A program made the translations under genes and the position numbers. Source: Vitrella brassicaformis CCMP3155 (Eukaryota; Protista; Chromerida). Taken from it: a DNA stretch of 64,000 nt. The stretch covers positions 220,790-284,789 of the forward strand of contig CDMY01000738.1 in NCBI GenBank assembly GCA_001179505.1. The letters are read 5' to 3'. The notes under the pieces were generated by a model, which worked only from the letters and a program-made list of their open reading frames with translations, did not search any database and had not been told where the DNA came from. How positions within the stretch are numbered: the stretch's first letter is position 1; the number at the start of each line of letters is the position of its first letter. Below, piece by piece: positions 23,810 through 36,100 of this stretch.

Positions 23810-25537
23810 ATGGCAGCAGTGTTTGCAGCCGCCGTGGCTGTTACGCTCTTCCTTGGAGTGGCGGAGGGCGGGAGCCTGCAAAGGAAGCAACGCCCAATGC
23901 GCCAAGGTATGTGTCCACACCGCACAGGGATCCCTTCTCTCTCCAATAGTCTCTCTCTGCCATGCCACTGGTGTCGAATTCGACGCACTCCTGCAGGCTT
24001 TTCGGCCCATCGAGATGACATAGTGAGCGCTCTCCCTGTTCTCTCTGGCCCCAGTAACGCCCCGCCGCCTCGACCTCAGCAAAATCAGGGAGAGTGGATT
24101 CCCATCGGAAAGCCGCCACAGCCCCCCGCTGCTCCCGGCCAAGACAAGAAGCCAGGGGAAACGGTCCCTGCACAGCCTGGTGCAGCCCTGCCAGCGTCGA
24201 CGTCGGCTCAGTCCCCGGCCGCTCCCAATGAGGCTACCACAGCCGCTCCCGAGGCTGCTCCTGAAGGCGAGAAGACTTCGGGCGGTCCGACTTCTGCTCC
24301 ACCTGCAGCCGCACAGCCTTCTGCTGCAGCTGCAGCTGAAGCGCCGCAGCCACAGCAGCCACCACAGCCACCCGCACCAGCCTCTAAGGAGGCCCCGGCA
24401 GCAAAAGCGGAGGAAGCAGCTGGTCCCCCCCAGCCCCAGCCGCTGCCTCCTGCTGTTGCAGCCCCACCAGCAGAGACACCTAAAGAGGCCTCTTCATCCA
24501 TCACCCCTGCCCCCGCTGTTTTAGGACAAGAGGGAGAATTGGGCGGCCCTCCTGCCGCTGCCGCGGCTCCAGCCCCACCCACACAACCTTCTGCCGCACC
24601 GGTGCAGCCTGCAGCAAAGAAGGAGGCACCAGCAGCCGACGCAGCGGCGAAGGCGGCAGAAACACCCCCTCTGCCACCTGCTGCGCCTGTCAGTGAGAAA
24701 AGGCTTCAGCCGACCGGAGAACACGCCCTGCATAAAGCCGCTGTCAGTGAAGGCGGTGCGAGGAGGGCTGCTCCGGTGATGGTGTCTCCGCTGGTGTCGC
24801 TTGACCCGGTGGATTTGGGCGAGAGGGACGCCGGGGGGCGAGTGGTGCGGTGGGACGACTTCTACGGGACGGACAGATACGAGAGCATCATTGCAGACTT
24901 CGCTGAAAGGGGAGAGGATGCGTTCCCACAGTGAGACAGAGAGAGAGAGAGGGACAAATGGGACGTGTGGATGGATGGATGGATGGACGGTGGATGCAGG
25001 TGTTGCGTGTGTCTGATGCGAGACACGGACCTGCAGCACCTGCCCCTTGCAGAGAGGAAGTGCATCAAGACGCCCCGCATGACGACACACGACTCCCAGA
25101 AGGAGGAGGCCCCGCTCATCGACGGAGCCGCACAGCCATTCAACGAGGGGGCCTGCGCCAGCCTCTGCACCGACCTCGGCGCACAACAGAGCCGCTTCTT
25201 CCCCTTTGACCACCATGCTCCTGCCGGTGTCTGCGAGGTGAGACACACACACACACACACACAACCAGACACCACGGACACACAAAGTTCCCTCTTGCAG
25301 AAGGTGGACCTCTGCTCACATACGGTCGGGAGGTCGGCCTTGAAGAACGGCATCAAGTGCCGGTCCGCGGAGGGGCCTGACTGCCCCATGTGTCATGTGG
25401 AGGGGTGGGAGTGTGTGGTGGCGAGTGGCGAGTGGCTGGAGAGCGTTCGTCACGCGCTAGATGGGGCGGAGGAGGGGGACTATGTTGCGGTGCACCGGTA
25501 TGTGGAGCCGGCGACCCTCTATGCTCTGCTGGACTGA
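23810..25537 (+). CDS. Secreted protein with a long Pro/Ala-rich (mucin-like) stalk and a C-terminal Cys-rich domain
   Basis: Signal peptide MAAVFAAAVAVTLFLGVAEG. A stalk of about 230 aa is rich in P/A/Q. The last two exons read CCVCLMRD...CIKTP...CASLC...GVCE|KVDLCSH...CRSAEGPDCPMCHVEGWECVV...LLD*. Confidence 0.75.
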
Positions 25538-25852
25538 CTGACTGACAACTGGTGGACGCGATGATTCAAAACGCTTCTTGACTTGGGGTGCGGTGCATGA
25601 CACAACAAACTTGCATACGATGGTTGTTCGTTCGTTCGTTGGTTCGCACGGCACGGCATGGAGGCGCAAAAACGTCAGCAGGTCGACCTAACAACTCGTC
25701 AAAGGTGGTGGATGCAAGCCCTACTCACCCAGCCCCTCCACACACCCACCGTCTGACCTACGTCTTCCAACGTTCACTGCCTACTGCCTGATCAATCAAC
25801 CAAAAGGTGTGACTACGCATGACTGAATACACGAGTGTGTCTTCGCCGTGGC

Positions 25853-25960
25853 TGCGTTGACGAATTGCTCGTGCTGCAGGGAATCGCGTTACCACCCCAC
25901 CCGCAGGGGTAGGTCGGGTGGTGCCACGTCTCCCGGCAGTACGAGCAATTCGTCAATGCA
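25853..25960 (+). other. Near-perfect 108-nt fold-back hairpin (candidate structured RNA or palindromic element)
   Basis: 25853-25882 pairs with 25931-25960 at 29 of 30 positions (two G-U pairs, one mismatch). There is an inner stem accaccc/gggtggt and a terminal accc/gggt stem. Confidence 0.8.
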
Positions 25961-26287
25961 CTCAGCAGCACATAACAAGGAGCACACACGCCTTCATGGC
26001 TCGATAGCGATGCATCCGTGTGTCCCACCATCACCCACCTGGCTCGTCGACTGACTGCAGAGGGGCTGGGCTGCTCTCTCTTTGCGAAAAAGGTGACCAC
26101 ACCCCCCACCCACCCACAATCCGCGAAAATCGCCACACTTACGTGTGCCACACACACATGGATACGCACACACATTCACACGTAAACACACACATACAAA
26201 GACCGACCAAGGAAACCTGTCCACCTGTCGCCTCCCTAGTCACCAAATGCCGCCAGCCACGTGTGTCTGTCTGTGATGAGAATTTGT

Positions 26288-27556
26288 TTAGAGTTTGCTG
26301 AGTACGACGTCGACGAAGGAATCCTCGCCCTCGCCCACCCAGGCCACCTTGGCGCCAGGCTCGATGATCATCGCATAGCTGACACACACAGAACATTCAC
26401 CACAAACCAAAAGGAGGGAGGGAGAGGTGCCATGGGATGAGATGAGGTGCACCTTTGTGTGTGGATTTGGTGTGGGGTGTGTGTGGTGGGGAGGGGTAGT
26501 TACGTTAGTTACCGGTTGGATCGCGAGCCGAGGTAGTTAGCCGAGGCGTCCAGCACCATACCGATGGCCTGAACGGGGTTTGAAAGAAACAAGGACACAC
26601 ACACACGCACATCATTCAGATGTGGCGGGTGTATGGGGTGGGTGAGTAGGTCGTCCTTCTGCTGCACCGCAAGGCACCTACCTTGGTGAAGTCTCCGTTG
26701 CCGTCGCTGATCATCAGCACACTGTCGGGCACATTGACGTCCTTCTTCCAGGCTGATTGATCCAAGCACACAACCAACCATCCACAGCACGGTGAGACAG
26801 ACAACACACACAGGAAAAGTGGAAGTATACGCGCGCGCGTGTGGGATGGATGCGATGCTTGTGGGTGGGGTGAGACGACGCACCTACCCTTCATGACGAA
26901 CGGGTCATTAACGGCGATGCACGCGATGGTCTTCACGCCCTTGGCGGCCAACTCAGACGCCTTGCTCACGAAGCCTGACCAGGCCACATGCCACACACAC
27001 ATGCACACGCAGAAATATGTGTCTGTCTGTCTGCCTGTGCGGCTGGTGTGTGGCGCGTACCGGGCAGGTGCTTCTCGCTGCATGTGGGGGTGAAGGCACC
27101 TGCACACAGGCGCACAAGACACTTGCCATCCACCCACCGGTGCACCACAGTGCATGCCTTTGTGCCCTGTCTCTGCCTGTCTGTCCTTGTCTTTGGCTCA
27201 CCCACCCGGGACGGCGAAGAGCACCCCCTTGTCGGTGAAGACGTCCTTGATGCTCTTGACCTCATCCCCAACCTTCACCTTCACATCAGGCAGCTGCTCA
27301 CATCACACCGACCACACACCCACATGCACCACATGCAGCACATGCAGGTCGTTTAGCGCCTGGATCTCCCTGCTGCCGTGTCCTTCCATCCCCCTTTTCG
27401 TCGCACCGTTGCTCCGGCAGCGATTTTGGCCATCGTGGTCGTGGCGAAGTGTCGGGGCGGCTCACACAGAGAGTGGCGAAAGAGGGACGGCCGGAAGGCT
27501 GTGGTGGCAGATCTGAAGGCTGACGACAGTGGCAAGCGCGAAAGGGGCAAGATCAT
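26288..27556 (-). CDS. Type II / Prx5-family peroxiredoxin with an N-terminal mitochondrial-type presequence, multi-exon
   Basis: Motifs VLFAVPG|AFTPTCSEKHLPG|F, IACIAVNDPFVMK|AW, ISDGNGDFTK, LGSRSNR|YAMII, and TAA at 26288-26290. The leader MILPLSRLPLSSAFRSATTAFRPSLFRHSLCEPPRHFATTT precedes a second Met at 27433. Confidence 0.93.
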
Positions 27557-27813
27557 GCGCCGGATGGCGAGCGTGTCCGTCAAGCTGGACGGAGCGATGT
27601 GCTCTAACTCCATCCGCATTTCTCCCTTCCCTCCCTTTGCTCTCTGTCTTCACGTCTTAATGGCTCGTTGCCTGCTGTCCTAGCGAGTGACTGTGAGGCG
27701 GAGAGAGTGTGATTTGAGATCTTCTTGGTTCTTCGCCTGCTGCCGTTCGCTGTCTGTTGACTGACCGTCCTGTCGGCTTGTTCGTTTCGTTCGTCGTTTG
27801 CTGGCCGGCCATA

Positions 27814-28426
27814 ATGTTGCCCAACTTCCAGAACCTGATGCAAAACATCGACACGTCGATGAACATGGGGTGCGATGCGCCAGACAGACAGACAGACCCC
27901 TGAGGCTCCGGTATCTCTGTCTGGTCTGTCTGGTTTGTCTGGTCTGTCTGTCTGTGTGAAGGTTGATCAACAATCTGAGAACCAACAACCTCATCCTTGA
28001 CGTGTTGATCTGCGCCCTCATCCCCGTGGTCCTGCAGCTGCTGCACTCGATGGACCCCATGGCCACCATCAAGCGCTGGCTGGAGCGGTGGTTCAGGGAA
28101 ACCTGGGACCGCAAGACGACCTACGTTCGCACCATTGCGTGAGCGTCGCGGAGGCAGGGAGGGAGGGTGGGAGGGTGGGAGAGGGACGGGAGAAGGTTGG
28201 TTGGACGGCGTGCTGTGTGTGGGGCGTATGCAGGGTGACGTTCAACGAGAACAGCAGCGTCTACGCGAATTGCAGCAACACGGGCGGCAAGATGACCACC
28301 CACCACCAGCGCAACAAGGGCCTGCAGGAGGCCATCCAGCTGTACCTTCAGCAAAAGGGGCTCAAGCTCACCACGGCAGAGGTGGCCCTGTCCACGCGCA
28401 AAAACCCCGGTAGCCTTTGCACCACA

Positions 28427-28461
<35 letters not shown>

Positions 28462-31295
28462 GGAGAGCATGGAGCCCTCTGATTGCTGCGGCCTTGGGTC
28501 TGCAGATGACGAGTACGATTCCGAGGATGAAGGCGATGACTTCAAAGGTAAAGATCCATTCGGATTTGACCTCTTTGACCCTCCTGCAAACCACCCCAAA
28601 TTCTCCCCAGCAATGGACGACGACTGGCGCGTCAAGAAGAACCAGCAGCCGGACAAGCGAGAGTTCGACGTCATCCGGCTCCCGGCCGACGGCAGGTGGG
28701 TGACGGTGGACTCCGAGAAGCGCCTCGAGTTCCGACACATGACCAAGGAGAAGGACCAGGGGGACGGTGGGGGCGAGGAGGATGACGGCCGCGACCGGGG
28801 CGGCGGCCGGAGGGCCTCCAACAAGGAGATGACCTTCGTCTATGAGCTCATGTGGTGAGTGGAGTGCCAGCCCGGCGAGAGAAATGGTGCGTGTTAGTTT
28901 GTCGAGCTGTGTGTTGTGTTGGTGGTGTGGTTGGCGTGTCAGCACCAAGGAGGCTGGCGACAAGATCATTGACGAGTTCATCAATGAGGCGTATGACTGG
29001 TACGAGGCGCGCCGGCTCAAAGAGGCGCAGCGGGACAAGTCGCGTTACTTCTTCTCAGTCATCAAGTACCCCACCATCGACGAACGGGTAAGCCAAACAC
29101 ACACACCCCAAGCACGTCGTGATACGCAGACACACGTGTCCGCCCCCTTCTCTGCTTCTCCTCTCGGCTCGGCTGCTGCAGAAGAACAGCACTGCCGGGC
29201 TGCCCACTTTCAAGAAGTACCTTTTGTCTGAGGCTAAGACCTTCGACAGCCTTTTCTTCGCCGAGAAGGAGGTGCTCCTCAAGCTGATCGATGACTTCAA
29301 CAACAAGACGGGGAAATTCCGCATCAAGGGTTTCCCTGACAAGCTCGGGCTGCTGGTGAGTGAGACTAGACTCAACCAGCAACAGCACCCCCTCCAACCC
29401 CTCTCTGTGTGTGTGTGTCAGCTGGACGGCCCCCCAGGGACCGGCAAGACCAGCGTGATCAAGGCGCTTGCCCAGTACACCCACCGGCACGTGGTCACCA
29501 TCTCCCTGGAGAAGATCAAGACCAACCAGCAGCTGATGGACCTCTTCTTCGACCTGGTCTTCCCAGTGCAGAACGACTGGCGTGAAAACCGTTTCAAGTT
29601 CCATGAGGTCAGTCAGTGAGGGGGCGGAGTGATGTGGGGACGGCAGATCAGCTGTTCGGTCTGGCTTTGCTGTGTGTCCGTGTCTGTCGTGTCTGTCGTG
29701 TGTGTGTAGGTGATCTTTGTGATGGAGGACATCGACTGCGCCTCGGAGGTTGTGTACGCCCGGAAAGGCGCAAAGAAGTACAAAAACGCCAAAAAGAGTG
29801 AGCTGATGGGATGGGTCGTGCGTGGATGGAAGGTGCACAGACAGACAGACAGACAGACAGGTGATGCAGTTGGCTCTGTGTTCATGCGCAAGATGTGTTT
29901 GTGTGTACGCAGCCATGCCGGCCCTTCCCACCGTCCCCGACGACCCCCTGGACACCGTCACACAACCGCAAGCCCACCACGAGATGGTGCGTCTGCTCAC
30001 AACACACACACAGAACCACCCACTCCATGCCCACCGCAACCCCCCGCTCTCTCTCTCTCTCTGTGTGTGTGTGTGTTTCTCCAGCTGCGTCAGATCTCGC
30101 TCAACAGCAAGGTGCCTTCGTCGTCATCGTCACCCTCACCATCACGCTCCCCACCGCGCCAGCCACCCTCACCATCACGCGGCGCGGGGGCGCTCGTCAC
30201 CGACATTCGGCTGACGGGAATGGACGGCAACCACGGCAGCGACGATGAGCTCACGCCCTCTGTGCTGCCGCCAACGGAGAGCTCGAGCGACAACAAGACA
30301 GAGTGGGAAGCGGCCTCCAAAGAGAAGGTGGGTTGGAATCACAGACAGCAGGGAGGGGCACACAGAGACGACGCTCACGGACGGGGTGGTTCTTGTGCTG
30401 TGGATGATGTGGTGCAGGACCATACGAGTGTCATCCGTGAGGTCTCGCAGCCACCTATGCCCTCCCCCACTCTCCCACCAGCACCAGCACCCACACCCAC
30501 ACCACTGGCACCGGCGGCAGATGCAGCTGCAGTTGCAGATGCTCCTGCTGCAGACAGAGAGGAGAGTGACGATGAAGACCACTCCGCGGGCCCGACGAAT
30601 GAGGCGAAAGAGGCGGCTCTGATGGGCAAGCTCCTAGGGCAGCTGATTGGCATCGGCGGCAAGAGCGACCCCAAGAAGGAGGGCAAGGAGGGCCCCTCTG
30701 GCGAGGGGATGGGGCTGGGGGCGCTGATTGGCGGTGTGGGGGTGGGCGGCGGCTTCGCCGACCCACTGGCAGACAAACTCAATCTCGCTGGTGGGTGAGG
30801 TGACTCCATGCCTTCACGCCGAAGACAACGAACGTCAAGATGGCCCTCCCTCTTTGTGTGTGTCTGTTGAATGGATGGAATGTGATGGTCGGCGGATCTG
30901 CAGGTCTGTTGAATGTGATGGACGGGGTGATTGACTCTCCCGGGCGCATCGTGGTGCTGACCACCAACCACCCCGAGAAGCTCGATCCCGCCCTCATCCG
31001 GCCGGGACGCATCAACAAAAGACTCCACCTGGGATACATCAAGGTAGATCCCCCCACCCCACACACACTCACACACACGCCCACCTCTCTCTGTGTCGGT
31101 GTGTGTCTGTGGCCTCAGGGCCCCGAGCTTTGCAGGATGGTCGAGCACTACCTCGAGTGCAAGCTGAGCGACGACGAGCGCACAAGGGCTCACGAGGTGG
31201 CGCTGCGGCACCATCTGACCCCGGCGCAAGTTGAGCAGGGGTGCGCCGAGGTCGAGACGCCCGCACAGCTCATCACGCTGCTCAGCCACCTCTGA
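27814..31295 (+). CDS. BCS1-like AAA+ ATPase, multi-exon
   Basis: Walker A LDGPPGTGKTSVIKALA, Walker B VIFVMEDIDC, and GLLNVMDG...IVVLTTNHPEKLDPALIRPGRIN. There is an N-terminal hydrophobic anchor (LILDVLICALIPVVLQLL) and a long low-complexity insert between Walker B and the second region of homology. Confidence 0.9.
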
Positions 31296-32543
31296 TTTGA
31301 TTGATTCGTGTGATCCGATCGTTGGGAGGGAGAGGGAGGGGGAGGGGGAGGATGGGGGCACCCCATCCAGTCCCTCCAGCCACATGTGGGTTGTGTTGTT
31401 TGCTGTCAATGCATAGTTGAGTGAGTCGTTCGTTCGTTCGGTCGGTCGGTTGGGTGAGTGAGTGAGTGAACTCAGTGAGGCCTTCCTGTGATGCAATGCG
31501 TTTTGCTGATATGAGTGATGTGCTCTGTGTGTGTGCCTGCACGTCTCATGGAGAGAGAGGCCGATGGTGGATGGATGGATGGATGGATGTGGGTGTGCTG
31601 GTCGGGTGCCAGCTACCCATGGCCGGCAGGACACCTCACCCGTCCTTAGGATCCTCCCCCCCGGTGCATCTTCCTGCCTGCCTGCCTGCCTGCCTGCCTG
31701 CTGGTCCCTTCCTCTCTGTCTTGCTTCCTTCCTATGGTAGTGTGTGTGGTGGGATGACTGTGCTCATACGTAATCCTACATAGGTCGCTTGCACGTCAGC
31801 AGTCAGTCAGTCAGTCCGTGTCAGCGTGTCCCTCCCTCCCGCAATTGCCAGGAAGCCAGGTTATTATCCAATGTCTGACGTATGTGATGCCTACCTACTC
31901 CAATGGAATGGACCGAATGCAGCATCGCTAGCGAGCGACTGAGTGCGTCTGTGTGCCGCAAATTGGCGGCCATTTCGTGTGGTGGCTGGCGGTGTGGTGT
32001 GTCTGTCTGGCTGGTCGGTCGGTGGATGCGCGGCGCCATGGAGCACAAGGAGGCGATGCATCAGCAGCTAGCTGGTGGTGCATCGCCTCCTTGTTCTCCA
32101 TGTCGACGAACGTTGATCGGCCGAGCAGCAGCTGCGTGTGTGTGGAGACCCCTCCTTTCACTACTACTTAAATGTCAGGTGAGTTGTCTGTCTGGTCGAA
32201 CTTTTGCAGGCGTCGAACCATCAGTTTCTGCTGTGTCGCTTCCTTGAGCAACTGACCTGCCCGTTGACTGACCACGCTTTCATTCTGGTGCAATCAATCA
32301 ATTGTGTCACACAGAAAAGACAGACCGCACCGCACTGGCACGTCAGGTCACAACTATACACATGAAGACACACCTCTCTCTCCTCCTTGCAAGCTATACA
32401 CAGCTGGCTGGCCAGCACCAGAGAAAGCCATGAATAGCTAATAGATACTAACACCACCCTCCCCATGTCACTCACTCACTTATCGACCACATATAATGCC
32501 AATGGCCCACCCCATCTGTCTGTCCCTTCTTTCGTGTGTCTGT

Positions 32544-33098
32544 CTAGCGGTCCATCTGCAGCTGGCGGGCCCAGGCGGCCCTTCTCCTCGTGTACTTGCT
32601 GACATAATGCCGACACAGCTCGTCCACACGGCCGCTGTCCAAACCTTCGCCACGCATCAGCTCCCGCAACTCAGCCAGCCGATCCCTGCGCACAGGCCAG
32701 ACCACACACACAAGGTCGATGGATAACGTAAGTGTGTCGGGTTTAGGTGTGTGGCGTCACACACTTACATGAACACGTCTTGGTGTGTCTGGCAGACGGC
32801 CAGGGTGCGGTCACACCTGCTCATCCAGCCCGCCCACCGCCATGCATCCGGCACGCACGACGCCATCAGGGCGTCCGTCGACCTGCACCACATCAAGCAG
32901 TGAAAGCTCCATGCATTTCTCTATGTCTGTGTGTGTGAACGTGTTGGACAGCTAGCTGACTTGACGAGCTCGAACGGAAAGGCCAGCTGTTTCTTGCCGA
33001 CGTCCAGCAGGATCCGCCAACCACCGTCGGCAGCACACTCAACCTCAACCGACATCCCTACACACGCACACAGACACACACACACAACAATCATTCTC

Positions 33099-33129
<31 letters not shown>

Positions 33130-36100
33130 TNNNNNNNNNNNNNNNNNNNNNNNNNNNNNNNNNNNNNNNNNNNNNNNNNNNNNNNNNNNNNNNNNNNNNN
33201 NNNNNNNNNNNNNNNNNNNNNNNNNNNNNNNNNNNNNNNNNNNNNNNNNNNNNNNNNNNNNNNNNNNNNNNNNNNNNNNNNNNNNNNNNNNNNNNNNNNN
33301 NNNNNNNNNNNNNNNNNNNNNNNNNNNNNNNNNNNNNNNNNNNNNNNNNNNNNNNNNNNNNNNNNNNNNNNNNNNNNNNNNNNNNNNNNNNNNNNNNNNN
33401 NNNNNNNNNNNNNNNNNNNNNNNNNNNNNNCCCCCCCCCTCCCCCTCCCTCCCTCCCTCCCCCCTCCCTCTCCCCCTTCTCTCTGACCGTCTCCCTACCG
33501 AGGTAAGTGGCCCTGGGAGGGTCAGCTTCGTCGGTTGTGTCCTTAATGGTGAGCCATTGGGGGTAGATGTGCTTGAGCAGTGAGGGTGCTGACGGCATCC
33601 CCACCGCCAGAAGGTCGTCCATATACCGATACAGACGGCCGGGGAGCGGCAGGGCGGACACCGGGTCGTCTGCAGCGGCTGGTGATGATGGGGGGCTGCT
33701 GATCACCTGACGGAGGGCGGAAGGAAGCCGTGTGTGCGAAGCCGGAGGGAGGGAGAGGGAGGCCATCCTCCTTCGGGAAGTGAAGAAGGCCCTCTCGTAG
33801 CTGTAGAGGTAGAGGTCAGCCATCTGCGGTCCCGCATTGGTGCCCATTGGAATGCCCGCGTGCTGCCGCATGGTCGCGCCACCGCCCAGAAGGTCGATAA
33901 CCGTGTCGCCGACCACCGTCTCTATCAGCTCGTCCACATCACCTCGCGTCATTCGGATGGCCGAAGCACATAATGCCTTTGTCGCTGCTGGCGCTTCTGG
34001 CGCTTCTGGGACTTCTGTGGCGCTGTCTTGCGATACCCAGCGTGTCTGCCGCTCGTCACCTGATAGACACATGAGGGCGGACAGATGGGGTGAATGGATG
34101 TGGGAGGGAGGCCTTGGGTGTGGTTGTGTGTGTGCACCGTACGGTGGATTTCCAGCAGGTGGTTGGGTCGCCAGACCATCTCGAGCAACGACGAGAGGCG
34201 CCGCTTCTGCACACAACCACACACCACACACACACACACATACATACATACTTGAGAGGGAGAGCAATCCAATGCGCGTCTGCGGGTGTGGTATGTGTCG
34301 TTTGAAGCACCAGGTCGTCGTGTGGTATCGATGTGAAGAGGGCTTCAATGTCGAATGTGGACACCGACCGCTGCATCGTCCCACCTTGCGGCAACACCTA
34401 CACACACACACACACACACGTGTTGGATGCGTAGGGAGATCATTGCGCGGCGAACGGACCTACCTGGTTGAGTCGATGCAGGTCGGCCGCCACCTCGTCC
34501 ACCGACCTGACGACCGTCAGAGGGATGGCCGGGCCATGTTGGATAGCGTCATGCAGCATCAGATCCCGCTTCACGTGCTTCAACACGTCACTCAGCAGAG
34601 AGCTGGCCTGGCTACCACACCCACACACACACACATTCATCCATATGAACTCTCTCCTTTCTCTGTCTGTCTGTGTGTCTAGTGCGCACGCACCGGTGTG
34701 GTCCTTGTGGAGCGGTTGTTGGTGATGAGTCTGACGCCGTGTGGCTGTTTGTGCATTTTGGGGATCCAATACACCGTCGCCGGCCTCTCCATCGCAGGCT
34801 CAGACAGCACATTAGACGGGAAGTGCCTCGCTGTCACTCGGTGTGTCTTCTCCTGACAAACAACCACCCACACAACACACTCGTGAATGATCCGCCCGAG
34901 AAGGGCAATTTACCCCTCCCACCGCACCCGTAGCTCGTTTGCCTCCTCTTCATCCAGGTGTGTGAACGGCCCCCCCAGGCACTCGCGCAGCAGCACCGAC
35001 CGATAGAGGGACTGGCAGACGACCACGAAGTTGGCGGCCGCCTTGTCCGCCGGCGCGAAGGTGAGGAACTGCGATGCTTGAAGGAGGGATGAGTACTCCT
35101 CCTCTGCAAAGAGCCACTGGAGCACCTGCTGCCGCGAGATAGGGCGCGGCAGATCCAGCTCCTGCCAAGAGGTGTCTGCACGACAGACACACATCCACAT
35201 AAAATGCCGAATATATGGCTTGAGGGGTCCAGCCTTGCCTTTCTAGTTTACCAGGCCCCTCAGGCTGATGGAAAGGCTTCCCTGGGCGAAATGGCGTGCC
35301 CTTTGATAGCGCCTCACGCACCTGCTCCATCGCGAACACGGACATGTCTGCCGTCCACACGTGACGCTCATGATGCGGCTGTGGCTGTGCTCCTGCCGAG
35401 GGTGGTTCGCTGATGCAGCGGTGTGTGTGGGGGTCGACGGGCACCGTGAACTGACGAAGGAGAGAGTCGGGAGGGACGTCACCTACACACACACACACAA
35501 CACACACACACACACGTGTGTCATTGATCCGTTGCCTTCCCGCTAGGCCGTTCCTTGAACCTCACCGTGGCCATGCTCTCTCGCCAGCCACCTTACACAC
35601 GCACACTGACCGTCCGCATGACCTTGACCTCCTTCACGGCCCAGCCATTTCTCCTCGTTCGCCGCCCTCCTCTCCGCAAACACCTCAGCCGACTGTGCGG
35701 CCACCCGCCGGAAGTTGGCGACGAGCATGCCGAGCGACCAGGGCACCTCTGGGAGCGTCTTGCTGATGGTTGGGGCGGCAATGGTGGGGCTGGGTGTGTC
35801 CTCTGTGTGCAGGAACCGTGCCGCGCGGCTGGTGTTGGGTGTTCGGGCGCGCTGCGTGTTCTGGGCCGACCGCAGGCTGAGAAGCGCCTTGCGGAACCTG
35901 TCAGGTTCAAATGCACGAGAACAGCAGGCCGGGCCGTGTGCTCTGTCTGTTTGACTGACTGACTACATCATATCATACGCACAGGGCATACCTGAGCTCC
36001 TTCTGGATGACCTGCAGATGAGCCCGCTCAAGCCTCGCCTCCTCAGCCTTGGCCGTGAAGCAACAGATCCATCCATCCATCCATCAATTGCAGTGAAGTC

